The notes beneath the pieces were generated by a model that was given only the letters and a program-made list of their open reading frames with translations, was not told the origin of the DNA and made no database searches. 39,567 nt of DNA from Alphaproteobacteria bacterium (GTDB taxonomy: Bacteria; Pseudomonadota; Alphaproteobacteria; Caulobacterales; Caulobacteraceae), in NCBI GenBank assembly GCA_018895795.1, contig JAHINZ010000243.1, forward strand, positions 1-39,567, given 5' to 3'. This document shows positions 1 through 9,178 of the stretch, piece after piece. Each line of letters begins with the position of its first letter. The first letter of the stretch is position 1. Made by a program: the position numbers and the translations under genes.

Positions 1-38
1 GAGATGTAAGGATGGCTCCCTCCGGCGCGGAGTGGGGC
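1..38. repeat. End of family-C branched palindromic element (truncated by window edge)
   Basis: GAGATGTAAGGATGGCTCCC...GGGGC matches the end of the copy at 39391-39429 and the reverse complement of 34004-34046. Confidence 0.8.
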
Positions 39-47
39 GGCGCGCGA

Positions 48-168
48 TAAATCCTCCCCCTGAAGGGGGAGGGGTCGGCGAAGCCGACGGAGGGGGTAGG
101 GCTGCTGAGTCTCTGCGGTCTTCCCCCGCCGGCCTGACGGCCGCCTCCCCCTTCAGGGGGAGGACTTA
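48..168. repeat. CIR-like palindromic intergenic repeat (family A)
   Basis: Arms TCCTCCCCCTGAAGGGGGAGG / CCTCCCCCTTCAGGGGGAGGA, internal hairpins, GAGTC (CcrM GANTC) at 107-111 in the centre. Confidence 0.8.
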
Positions 169-211
169 CTGCGCGCTCTATCCTCTGCGTTCAGCGAATC
201 GACTGTAGCGA

Positions 212-224
212 AATCAATGACTTA
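212..224 (+). promoter_or_regulatory. IHF consensus site
   Basis: AATCAATGACTTA matches WATCAANNNNTTR exactly, in an AT-rich patch. Confidence 0.45.
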
Positions 225-272
225 CAATTTTCTCGCGCTCGCGTATCCCCGGCTCCAGAACCTGAGGGATAC

Positions 273-683
273 TGATCCCACCCAGAAGCAAGGGAAGGGA
301 CGTCGGCCGGCGACCTGATGGGCTTCTGGGGGTGGTCGAGCGGGTTGAGAGGGCGGGTGACGTAAACCCGCCTATCGGGGATTGGCCAAGGTCCCCGCCC
401 GTCCGAAGGCTCGCTCCGGGTCCTCCGGAATCGATGTGGCTTGCAGCCCCAGGGCTGGGTCCGTCGCGAGGAGGCAAGATCCGGGTGGGGCATAAGGCTG
501 AAAAGGCCTGCGCGCCCCGGCCAGAGGGATAACGATCACGCGGAGCGTCTGTCTTCGTCGAAACGGTACTTACAAACTCAATATTCCGGGCGAGGCCCGG
601 ACGCTCCGCGACCCTTCCCACACCTTCAGCGGGTTTCCGCGTGAAGCGGCGCAGCCGTGTCCTTGTCCGGACACGACGGATCA
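273..683 (+). ncRNA. Candidate large structured non-coding RNA (family unknown)
   Basis: More than 10 helices, closing stem TGATCC/GGATCA, pseudoknot GGGAAGGG/CCCTTCCC, G-U wobbles favouring the + strand; no credible ORF. Confidence 0.6.
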
Positions 684-733
684 CCTCGCCCCTTTGACCG
701 GCCGTTAAGCCGTGAACGCTAGGCTCCCCGCCC

Positions 734-2293
734 ATGAGCAGCCCCACCCGCCCCTCCGCCGGCGTCACGCCCGAGCAACTGGCCACCCTGAGCCATGAGT
801 TTCGCACGCCGCTGAACGGCGTGCTGGGCATGGCGCGGCTGCTGGAAGGCACCCGCCTGACCGCCGAGCAGCGGTCCTATGTCACCGCCCTGCGCGAAAG
901 CGGCGACCACCTGCTGTCGCTGGTCAATGACGTGCTGGACTTCGCGCGGCTGGGGGCCACGGCGATCGATCTGACCCTGGCGCCGGTCGATATCGAGGGC
1001 CTGCTGCGCCAGGTGGCCGAGCTGATGAGCCCCCGGGCCCACGAAAAGGGCGTCGAGATCGCCTGGGCCGTGTCGCCGGGCCTGCCGACCATCCTGGCCG
1101 ACGAGGGCCGTCTGCGGCAGGTGCTGCTGAACTATGCCGGCAACGCCATCAAGTTCACGACGGTCGGCGGCGTGCTGCTGACCGCCGCCGTGACCGGCGA
1201 AGGCCGGGTGCGCTTCTCGGTGGCCGACACCGGGCCGGGCGTCGCGCCGCAGGCCCGCGCCAAGATCTTCGAGGCCTTCGTCCAGACCGACGCCAGCCAC
1301 AGCACCCAGCTGGGCGGGGCGGGCCTGGGCCTGGCCATCGTCACCCGTCTGGCCCGCGCCATGAGCGGCGAGGTCGGGGTCGGCGGCGAGGTCGGCCAGG
1401 GCGCCGACTTCTGGTTCGAGGCCCCGTTCGAGACCGTCCCCACGCCGCGCCGCGACCTGCCGCTGGCCGGCTGTGTGGTGGCCGTGGCCTCGCCCAATCC
1501 CATCGTCCGGGTCGCCACCGCCCGCCAGATCGAGGCGGCGGGCGGCCGGGCCATCGTCGCCGCCGACACGGCCGCCGCCCTGGCGGCCGCCCCGCCCGCC
1601 GCCGTGCTGCTGATCGACGCCGCCCTGGCCGGACCGCGCGGCGCCCTCAGGCCCCCCGCCGATCGCCGCGCCGTGGTGCTGCTGACCCCCGAGCAACGCG
1701 GGCGCATCGACCGGCTGAAGAGCGCCGGGTTCAGCGGCTATCTGATCAAGCCCCTGCGCGCCGCCTCGATCGTCGCCCAGGTGCTGCAGGCCGGCGCCCA
1801 GACCGCCGCCACGCCCATCGCCGAGCGCCACGCCGAGGACGACCGCGTCGCCCCGGCCTCGGCGCCGGGCGTGCGGGTGCTGCTGGCCGAGGACAATCCG
1901 ATCAACGCCCTGCTGGCCCGCACCCTGCTGGAGCGCGAGGGCTGCAAGGTCGATCGCGTCGCCGGCGGCGACCAGGCCGTCGCGGCCCTGTCCAGCAACA
2001 GCTATGACCTGATCCTGATGGACCTGCGCATGCCGGGCCTGAACGGGGTCGACGCCACTCGCGAACTGCGCGCCCAGGGAATCACCGCCCCGATCGTGGC
2101 CCTGACCGCCGACGCCTTCGACGAGGACCGCCGCGCCTGTCTGGCGGCCGGCATGGACGACTTTCTGGTCAAACCCCTGACCCACGCGGCCCTGCGCGAC
2201 GTGCTGACCCGCTGGACCGGCCCCGCCACCCGCCCGGCCGCGCGCCCGGCCGGCTGGACGAAAGCCGCGACGCGCGCCAAGGTCGCCGGCTGA
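734..2293 (+). CDS. shkA: Soluble hybrid histidine kinase ShkA (HisKA-HATPase, pseudo-receiver, receiver)
   Basis: H-box SHEFRTPLNG at the extreme N-terminus with no sensor/TM domain; N/G boxes; degenerate REC1; EDDR linker motif (1835-1846); REC2 LLAEDN...DLRMP. Confidence 0.9.
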   Translation: MSSPTRPSAGVTPEQLATLSHEFRTPLNGVLGMARLLEGTRLTAEQRSYVTALRESGDHLLSLVNDVLDFARLGATAIDLTLAPVDIEGLLRQVAELMSPRAHEKGVEIAWAVSPGLPTILADEGRLRQVLLNYAGNAIKFTTVGGVLLTAAVTGEGRVRFSVADTGPGVAPQARAKIFEAFVQTDASHSTQLGGAGLGLAIVTRLARAMSGEVGVGGEVGQGADFWFEAPFETVPTPRRDLPLAGCVVAVASPNPIVRVATARQIEAAGGRAIVAADTAAALAAAPPAAVLLIDAALAGPRGALRPPADRRAVVLLTPEQRGRIDRLKSAGFSGYLIKPLRAASIVAQVLQAGAQTAATPIAERHAEDDRVAPASAPGVRVLLAEDNPINALLARTLLEREGCKVDRVAGGDQAVAALSSNSYDLILMDLRMPGLNGVDATRELRAQGITAPIVALTADAFDEDRRACLAAGMDDFLVKPLTHAALRDVLTRWTGPATRPAARPAGWTKAATRAKVAG

Positions 2294-2324
2294 TACGGGG
2301 CGCTCCCCGTCACGGGGACGCCGC

Positions 2325-4019
2325 ATGACAGACCAGCCCGCCAACGCCCCGCAGAAGAAGACCCTTCTGCAGACCCTGGCCTTCTTCGGCGAGCGTCGCA
2401 GCCTGGTGATGCTGGGCCTGGGGTTCGCCTCGGGCCTGCCCTACATGCTGATCTTCGACACCCTGTCGCTGTGGCTGCGCGATGCGGGCCTGTCGCTGGC
2501 GGTGATCGGCTTCTTCAGCCTGGCGACCCTGTCGTTCTCGTTCAAGTTCCTGTGGGCGCCGCTGATCGACCGCAGCAAGATCCCGGTTCTGCACCGACTG
2601 GTCGGCCATCGCCGCGCCTGGATGCTGGCCTGCCAGGCCGTGATCATTCTGGGTCTGCTGGCCATATCGGGGGTCAATCCGGCGACGAACCTGCCGCTGA
2701 TGGCGGCCATCGCCGTGATCGTCGGCTTCGCCACCGCCACCCAGGACATCGTCATCGACGCCTGGCGCATCGAGGTGGTCGACACCGAGCGCCAGGGCCA
2801 GATGGCCGTCGCCGTGCAGTGGGGCTATCGCGGCGCCATGATCATGGCCGGGGCCGTGCCGCTGCTGCTGGCCGAGCGCTTCGGCTGGAACATCTCCTAT
2901 CTGGCCATGGCCGGCGCGATGGTCATCGGCGTGATCTCCACCCTGCTGGCCCCGCGCGAGCAGGCCCATGTCATCCGCCCGATCCATACCGACGGCGTCG
3001 TTCAGCCCAAGGCGCTGGAGATCGGCGAATGGCTGGTGCGCCTGACCATCCTGCTGGTCGGCGCCCTGCTGGTCGGCTCGGGCCTGTCGGGCGACGCGGG
3101 CCTGCTGTCCAAGTTCGTCGGCGGTGACGCCCTGGACGCGGCCTGGAAGGCCAAGCCCAACGGCGTCTGGCTGCAGCTGGCCGGCGTGATCGCGGGGCTG
3201 GGCGTGATCGTCGTCGCCGCCTGGCCCATTCCCAAGGTGAAGACCAAGCCCGGCGTCTATCTGTCGACCGCCCTGGGCTCGCCCCTGATGGAGTTCCTGA
3301 CCCGGTTTTCGGGCGTGGCCGGCCTGATCCTGGCGACCATCTGCGTCTATCGGGTGTCGGACTTCGTGCTCAACATCATGAACCCCTTCTATCGCGACAT
3401 GGGCTTTTCGCTGACCGAGATCGCCGAGATCCGCAAGGTGTTCGGCATCATCGCCTCGATGGGCGGGGTGTTTCTGGGCGGGGTCATCGTGGCGCGGTTT
3501 GGGCTGATGCGGGCCCTGATCGTCGGGGCCTTCGCCCAGCCGATCAGCAATCTGATGTTCGCCTGGCTGGCCATGAGCGGCCACAGCGTGCCGATGCTGT
3601 TCTGGGCGATCTGCATCGACAATGTGGCCGGCGGCGTCGCCGGCACCGCCCTGATCGCCTATATGTCCAGCCTGACCTCGGCCGGGTTCACGGCCACGCA
3701 ATATGCGCTGTTTTCATCGCTCTACGCCCTGCCCGGCAAGCTGATCGCCTCGCAGTCGGGGCGGATCGTCGAGGCGTCGGCGAAGGCGGCGGAGGTCGGC
3801 GGTCCGATCGGCGCGCTGAAGGGCCTGTTCACCCGCCTGCCGCCGGAAAGCTTCACCGCCGCCGGGGCCAAGCTGGGGGTCAGCGCCCCGGCCATGGCGG
3901 CCGGCTACACCGCCTTTTTCATCTACACGGCGCTGATCGGCGTGGTGGCGATCGTGCTGTCGTTCCTGGTCGCGGCGCGGCAGGGGGATATCGGCAAGGT
4001 CGAAGAGACGGCCACGTAG
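2325..4019 (+). CDS. ampG: AmpG-family muropeptide MFS permease
   Basis: LGFASGLPY, KFLWAPLID, ATQDIVIDAWRIE, TATQYALFSS motifs. Confidence 0.9.
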   Translation: MTDQPANAPQKKTLLQTLAFFGERRSLVMLGLGFASGLPYMLIFDTLSLWLRDAGLSLAVIGFFSLATLSFSFKFLWAPLIDRSKIPVLHRLVGHRRAWMLACQAVIILGLLAISGVNPATNLPLMAAIAVIVGFATATQDIVIDAWRIEVVDTERQGQMAVAVQWGYRGAMIMAGAVPLLLAERFGWNISYLAMAGAMVIGVISTLLAPREQAHVIRPIHTDGVVQPKALEIGEWLVRLTILLVGALLVGSGLSGDAGLLSKFVGGDALDAAWKAKPNGVWLQLAGVIAGLGVIVVAAWPIPKVKTKPGVYLSTALGSPLMEFLTRFSGVAGLILATICVYRVSDFVLNIMNPFYRDMGFSLTEIAEIRKVFGIIASMGGVFLGGVIVARFGLMRALIVGAFAQPISNLMFAWLAMSGHSVPMLFWAICIDNVAGGVAGTALIAYMSSLTSAGFTATQYALFSSLYALPGKLIASQSGRIVEASAKAAEVGGPIGALKGLFTRLPPESFTAAGAKLGVSAPAMAAGYTAFFIYTALIGVVAIVLSFLVAARQGDIGKVEETAT

Positions 4020-4032
4020 TCAACATCGCATC

Positions 4033-4086
4033 CAAATCTTGTCATCCCGGCCGTAGCGCAGAGGCTATCCGGGATGACAAGATTTG
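4033..4086. repeat. REP-like hairpin between convergent genes (possible bidirectional terminator)
   Basis: Perfect 18-bp inverted repeat CAAATCTTGTCATCCCGG / CCGGGATGACAAGATTTG. Confidence 0.75.
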
Positions 4087-4103
4087 TAGAACGTGAAGGG
4101 GCC

Positions 4104-4934
4104 TTAAACCCCCAGGCACACCACCTGGGCCACGCGCAGGTCGCGGCGCAGGCCGTCGGCGACGCGGCCATAGTTCTCGGTGGTGATCGCCTCGCCCATG
4201 GCGGTATCGGCGCCGTGGCGACGACGCGGGCCCAACAGGGTCTTCAGGGTCTCGGGGGCCGTGGTGTAGATGCGGCCCCGGCGGGGGCTTTCGGCCACGG
4301 TGACGCCGATCACCCGGCCGGCATTGTCGAGGGCCGGCGCGCCCGACAGGCCCGACAGGGTGCCCTTCAGATTGTCGGTGCGGCCCACCTCGGCCCAGAC
4401 CAGAACCGGTTCGGTGCGCGCGCCGCGACCGTGGACCACCAGGTTCTCGCGGCCCAGCAGGCGCGAGGCGGCCTCGCCGGGATGGCCCTGAGGGAAGCCG
4501 GGATGATAGGCGCGAGCCCCGCGCCGCAGCGGCTCGCTGAGGCCCAGCGGCACGGCCGGCGCCCCGCCCTCGGTGGTCAGGATGGCGGCGTCGGCGTTGG
4601 GATCGATGGTGATCTTGGCCGCCACGCCGCGGCCGTCGGCCACGACGATCGCGGCGGACTTACAGCCGTCGACCACGTGGCGGGCGGTCAGCCAGACGCC
4701 GTCATCGCCGACCGAAAAGGCCGTGCCCGAGCCCGGTTCGGGCTTGGAGGGCACCTGGACGACGATGGACGGATCAAACGGCGAGGCCGGTCCCAGCGGC
4801 AGGCCTTCCTCCCCCGGGATCGGCGGCGGCGGGGCGGGCGCGTCGGAGCGCTCCTGGCGGCCGACCGCGACGATCAGCAGGGCGCTGACGGCGGCGGCGT
4901 AGACGAGCCAGTCGGGAAGCTTGGGGAAATGCAC
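4104..4934 (-). CDS. Membrane-anchored trypsin-like serine protease
   Basis: N-terminal TM; LTARHVV (His), DAAIL (Asp), GLSGAP (Ser). Confidence 0.85.
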   Translation of the reverse strand: MHFPKLPDWLVYAAAVSALLIVAVGRQERSDAPAPPPPIPGEEGLPLGPASPFDPSIVVQVPSKPEPGSGTAFSVGDDGVWLTARHVVDGCKSAAIVVADGRGVAAKITIDPNADAAILTTEGGAPAVPLGLSEPLRRGARAYHPGFPQGHPGEAASRLLGRENLVVHGRGARTEPVLVWAEVGRTDNLKGTLSGLSGAPALDNAGRVIGVTVAESPRRGRIYTTAPETLKTLLGPRRRHGADTAMGEAITTENYGRVADGLRRDLRVAQVVCLGV

Positions 4935-4959
4935 GGGACCAGGCCCTCGTCCTTCCCGC

Positions 4960-5388
4960 TCAACCCGCCACGGCGGCGGCGAGGATCAGGGCGGTGGCCA
5001 GCTTGGCGCCGACCAGCAGGGCGGCGGCGGCGACCTCGCCCTCATGGATGCGCTCGGGCAGGCCTTGCAGCACCATGTCGGTGACGCGGAACACCAGCAA
5101 TTGCACGGCGATGGTGGCCGCGCCCCAGATGACGATCTCGATCACCGAGGTCGAGGCCATCAGCGACACCGCCAGCGGAATGGCCAGGCCCACCATCACC
5201 CCGCCCAGCGACAGGGCGGCGGCGGAATTGCCCTCGCGGATCAGCTTGATCTCGCGGTGCGGGGTCAGCATGGCGTACAGCGCCGTGCCGACGATCAGCA
5301 TCAGCATGGTGACGCCGGCATGCATCAGGGTGACGGGAAAGCCCGTGGCGAAGGCCTGGACTTCGGGTGACTGAAGCTGAGACGGCAT
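4960..5388 (-). CDS. DUF350 membrane protein
   Basis: Four hydrophobic helices, TPHREIKLIREGNSAAA motif; start taken at ATG 5388. Confidence 0.85.
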   Translation of the reverse strand: MPSQLQSPEVQAFATGFPVTLMHAGVTMLMLIVGTALYAMLTPHREIKLIREGNSAAALSLGGVMVGLAIPLAVSLMASTSVIEIVIWGAATIAVQLLVFRVTDMVLQGLPERIHEGEVAAAALLVGAKLATALILAAAVAG

Positions 5389-5482
5389 GAACGCAATGAC
5401 CCTTGGAACGGATGAGGTGATCACTATCACGGGTTTATGGGGGTGCGTAGTGGGGGCGCTTCACTGCGCGAACCCGCCCCCT

Positions 5483-5615
5483 ATCCGCTCTTCCCGGCGA
5501 AGGCCGGGACCCAGATCGAACCCCTAGGTGGGGACGGCCTGGCGATGCCGCAGGCGAATCATCCCCAGACGCTCAGGCTGAATCTGGGCCCCGGCTTTCG
5601 CCGGGGAGAACGGAT
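5483..5615. repeat. CIR-like palindromic repeat
   Basis: Arms ATCCGCTCTTCCCGGCGAAGGCCGGGACCCAGAT / ATCTGGGCCCCGGCTTTCGCCGGGGAGAACGGAT; two GAATC sites. Confidence 0.8.
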
Positions 5616-5628
5616 TGAATTGGAGGTC

Positions 5629-5880
5629 CTAAGTTAAACTCAGCGGCTTCTTGTCTTGTCGTCGATGGCGGCGCGCTACATGTCGCGCCCAGAACCAGCC
5701 CGCGACCGACGTCACAAGGCCCACGGGCGCCACCATGGCTAAGAAGAAAATCTCCGGATAGCTTTCCGATGGCAGCCCTTCGAGCGCCCACATCCAGTTC
5801 GTCAGCCCAAAGACCAGTCCAAGGGCGAGCATGACAACGCCCAAGCCCAGCGGACCAAACTGGACGAGCCGCCGCCTCAC
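5629..5880 (-). CDS. Small two-TM hypothetical protein
   Basis: Two hydrophobic stretches and a basic tail; start overlaps the rlmN stop (GTGA). Confidence 0.55.
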   Translation of the reverse strand: MRRRLVQFGPLGLGVVMLALGLVFGLTNWMWALEGLPSESYPEIFFLAMVAPVGLVTSVAGWFWARHVARRHRRQDKKPLSLT

Positions 5881-7091
5881 GCCCCCTCGTCGTCCTCATC
5901 ATCCAGCACGCCCGCCATGGCCGCCATCGACAGCTGACGCAGCGCCGAGGCGCGGACCTTCTCGCTTTCGCTCTTCAGCTGGCCGCAGGCGGCGAGGATG
6001 TCGCGGCCCCGGGGCGTGCGGATCGGCGAGGAATAGCCGGCCTTGTTGAGGATCGCGCCGAAGGCCTCGATGGTCGCCCAGTCGGAGCACTGATAGTCGC
6101 TGCCCGGCCAGGGATTGAACGGGATCAGATTGACCTTGGCCGGAAGGCCCTTGATCAGCTTGACCAGGGCGCGGGCCTCATCGGGGCTGTCATTGATCCC
6201 CTTGAGCATCACGTATTCGAAGGTCACCCGGCGGGCGTTGCTGAGGCCGGGATAGGCGCGGACGCCCGCCATCAGCTGGTCCAGCGGATATTTCTTGTTC
6301 AGCGGCACCAGCACGTCGCGCAGGGCGTCGTTCGTGGCGTGCAGGCTGATGGCCAGCATGGCCTGGGTCTTCTCGCCCAAAGCCTGCAGCTGCGGCACGA
6401 CGCCCGAGGTCGAGACGGTGATGCGGCGCCGCGAGATGGCGATGCCCTCGTTGTCGCTGATGATCTCGATGGCGTCGGCCACCGCGCCCATGTTGTAGAG
6501 CGGCTCGCCCATGCCCATGAACACGATGTTGCTCAGCAGGCGCTCGTCCTTGTCGGACGGCCATTCGAGCAGGTCGTCCTTGGCCACCTGCACCTGGGCG
6601 ACGATCTCGGCGGCGGTCAGGTTGCGCACCAGGGCCTGGGTGCCGGTGTGGCAGAAGCTGCAGTTCAAGGTGCAGCCCACCTGGCTTGAAACACACAGGG
6701 CGCCGGCCCGGCCGACCGACGGGATATAGACCGCCTCGACCTCGATGCCGGGGGCCATGCGGATCAGCCACTTGCGGGTGCCGTCCTTGGAGACCTGGCG
6801 CTCGACGATTTCCGGCCGCGCGATCGAGAACACCTCGGCCAGACGGGCGCGGGTTTCCTTGGCCACATCGGTCATCATGGCGAAATCGGTGACGCCGCGA
6901 TGGTGGATCCAGCGAAACACCTGGGTGGCCCGCATCTTGGCCTTGCCGTGCTCGGCCACGCCCGACTCGGTCAGGGCGGCGATCATCTGCGGCCGGGTCA
7001 GACCCGACAGATTGATCAACGGCTTGGGGGCCTCTTTGGAAGAGGGAGGCGCGGCGCCGGAGACGCGCGACAGATCAAGGGTGACGCTCAA
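5877..7091 (-). CDS. rlmN: Dual-specificity 23S rRNA/tRNA m2A methyltransferase RlmN
   Basis: [18 protein letters not shown] radical-SAM motif, [15 protein letters not shown]; start taken at TTG 7091. Confidence 0.95.
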   Translation of the reverse strand: MSVTLDLSRVSGAAPPSSKEAPKPLINLSGLTRPQMIAALTESGVAEHGKAKMRATQVFRWIHHRGVTDFAMMTDVAKETRARLAEVFSIARPEIVERQVSKDGTRKWLIRMAPGIEVEAVYIPSVGRAGALCVSSQVGCTLNCSFCHTGTQALVRNLTAAEIVAQVQVAKDDLLEWPSDKDERLLSNIVFMGMGEPLYNMGAVADAIEIISDNEGIAISRRRITVSTSGVVPQLQALGEKTQAMLAISLHATNDALRDVLVPLNKKYPLDQLMAGVRAYPGLSNARRVTFEYVMLKGINDSPDEARALVKLIKGLPAKVNLIPFNPWPGSDYQCSDWATIEAFGAILNKAGYSSPIRTPRGRDILAACGQLKSESEKVRASALRQLSMAAMAGVLDDEDDEGA

Positions 7092-7172
7092 GGGGCGGTC
7101 CGGGGGCGGGGATTTATGGGATCGGAGGCGGGATATAGCACTGGACGGGGGTTTTTCCAAAGATGCCCGTCG

Positions 7173-7278
7173 ACTCGCCCCCTCCGCGCCTTCGGCGCTC
7201 CTCCCCCGGAGGGGGAAGATGACCTCGTCTTCCCCCTCCGGGGGAGGACGGCTGCGTAGCAGCCAGGAGGGGGCAAGT
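7173..7278. repeat. Family-A repeat, swapped-arm form
   Basis: ACTCGCCCCCTCC...GGAGGGGGCAAGT; near-identical to 20157-20261. Confidence 0.8.
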
Positions 7279-7330
7279 GGTCGCTACACTTCCTCTAGAC
7301 ACCCCCACCCCGCAGGCCCATATCCGCCTC

Positions 7331-8581
7331 ATGCGCACGCACGACGCCGATGTGATCATCGCCGGAGCCGGCATGGCCGGTTCGACCCTCGCCTTGGCCT
7401 TGGCCTCGGGCGGCCTCAAGCCCCTGCTGGTCGATCCCCAGCCCTTCGAGGCCCAACTGGCCCCGACCTTCGACGGTCGCTCCTCGGCCATCGCCTATTC
7501 CAGCTTTCGCCAGTGGCGCACGATCGGGGCGGGCGAGGCCCTGGCCCCGCACGCCCAGCGCATCGAGCAGATCCTGGTCACCGACGGCCGCACGCCCGGC
7601 GCCGCCGCGCGCAGCGCCTCGCCGGCCTTCCTGCGCTTCGACTCCAGCGAGATCGCCGACCGCTCGGACGGCGAGCCGCTGGGCTATCTGATCGAGAACC
7701 GCCAGATCCGCGCGGCCCTGTCGCAAGCCGTGACCGAAAAAGCCATTCCGGTGATCGCGCCGATGGCCGTCGCCAATCTGCGGGTCGACGCCGCCGGCGC
7801 CCGCCTGACCCTGGCCGACGGCCGGGTGCTGTCGGCGCCGCTGGCGGTCAGCGCCGAAGGTCGCGGGGCCAGCCTACGCAAGGCGGCGGGCATCGGCGAG
7901 ATCGGCTGGAGCTATGGCCAGAGCGGCGTGGTCGCCACCGTCAAGATGCAGCGCCCGCACGAGGGCGTGGCCCACGAATATTTCCTGCCCAGCGGCCCGT
8001 TCGCCATCCTGCCGTTAACGGGCAACCGCGCCAGCCTGGTCTGGACCGAAAGCACGGCCCGGGCCGAGGCCCTGCGCGGCGCGCGGCCCGAAGCCTTCCA
8101 CGCCCACCTGATGCGGCGGTTCGGCGAGTTTCTGGGCGAGGTCGAGATCGTCGGTCCGATCTTCGTCTATCCGCTGTCCCTGGCCCTGGCCGAGCGCATG
8201 GTCGCCCCGCGCCTGGCCCTGATCGGCGACGCGGCCCACGGCGTGCACCCGATCGCCGGCCAGGGCCTGAACCTGGGCCTGAAGGACGCGGCGGCGCTGG
8301 CGGAAGTGCTGGTCGAGGCGATGCGCGGCGGCGAGGATATCGGCAGCGACGTGGTGCTGGAGCGCTTCGCCCGCTGGCGGCGGTTCGACACGGTGACCAA
8401 CGCCCTGGCCTTTGACGGCTTCGTGCGGCTGTTCTCGAACGACAATCCGATCCTGCGGGTCGCGAGGGGCATCGGCCTGGCGGCGGTCAATCGCATCGCC
8501 CCGGCCCGGCGGTTCTTCATGCACGAGGCCGGCGGCGCGGTCGGCGACCTGCCCCGGCTGCTGCGCGGTCAGGCGCTCTGA
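7331..8581 (+). CDS. UbiH/UbiF/VisC-family FAD monooxygenase (ubiquinone hydroxylase, UbiL-like)
   Basis: GAGMAG FAD motif, DGRSSAI, GDAAHGVHPIAGQGLNLG. Confidence 0.9.
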   Translation: MRTHDADVIIAGAGMAGSTLALALASGGLKPLLVDPQPFEAQLAPTFDGRSSAIAYSSFRQWRTIGAGEALAPHAQRIEQILVTDGRTPGAAARSASPAFLRFDSSEIADRSDGEPLGYLIENRQIRAALSQAVTEKAIPVIAPMAVANLRVDAAGARLTLADGRVLSAPLAVSAEGRGASLRKAAGIGEIGWSYGQSGVVATVKMQRPHEGVAHEYFLPSGPFAILPLTGNRASLVWTESTARAEALRGARPEAFHAHLMRRFGEFLGEVEIVGPIFVYPLSLALAERMVAPRLALIGDAAHGVHPIAGQGLNLGLKDAAALAEVLVEAMRGGEDIGSDVVLERFARWRRFDTVTNALAFDGFVRLFSNDNPILRVARGIGLAAVNRIAPARRFFMHEAGGAVGDLPRLLRGQAL

Positions 8582-8722
8582 AGGCTCCGTCAGTCCTACC
8601 CGAGCATGACGGTGTGCGCGTCAACGGCGCATCCGGCGTCGACGACCAAAGCGGACCTGCCGAATAGCTCAGATGGGTGGAAGTCAGACCTTGGCCGGCG
8701 TGACGCTGCTCCCGTCAGAGAT

Positions 8723-9178
8723 TCACTTGGCGAACTTATTGATGAACCAGAGTGGGACCGGATCAAGAAAGTAGCCGGAAGAGCCTTTCGAATTGTTCGA
8801 AATGCACCACGACCAACGTTCGTCCAGCCAGCGTTTTGTACCCGGATGAGACATTGCCCAATCAGGACTGATCCCTTCGGCCCATGGCCCGCCATCGCGT
8901 AAAAGATATTTCATCGGCCGGCCATCGCCGGGCTGCCTGTAAAGTCCGCACGAGGTCTGGCCGTAGCTATGCAGGGTAGAGACCGTCACCTTGCGCCCAT
9001 AGAGTTGATAGAGGCGGTGATGGGCTATGAGCCCAAGCGGGACATCGAGCGCGGATGGCGCCAGGAAACCCACCAGCACGATTGGAATCAGGAAGATCGT
9101 CGGAAAACCACGGCGCGGCTGGGGCTGCCAACCTGGACCCGACTTGAGCGCATTTGCTTGTAAATCGACCATTCCCAT
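8723..9178 (-). CDS. Orphan membrane-anchored hypothetical protein
   Basis: AT-richer ORF with one hydrophobic segment; no recognisable family. Confidence 0.45.
   Translation of the reverse strand: MGMVDLQANALKSGPGWQPQPRRGFPTIFLIPIVLVGFLAPSALDVPLGLIAHHRLYQLYGRKVTVSTLHSYGQTSCGLYRQPGDGRPMKYLLRDGGPWAEGISPDWAMSHPGTKRWLDERWSWCISNNSKGSSGYFLDPVPLWFINKFAK

Noticed and set aside
273-683. Identification as RNase P RNA, tmRNA, SRP or 6S RNA
   Set aside because: No GAGGAAAGTCC P4 motif, no tRNA-like ends or ANDN tag frame, no SRP core motif, and not the rod-like 6S fold
191-852. ORFs 191-493, 214-852, 332-532 and 441-644 over the structured region
   Set aside because: Pro/Arg/Gly-rich translations with no domain or typical codon pattern; better explained as non-coding structure
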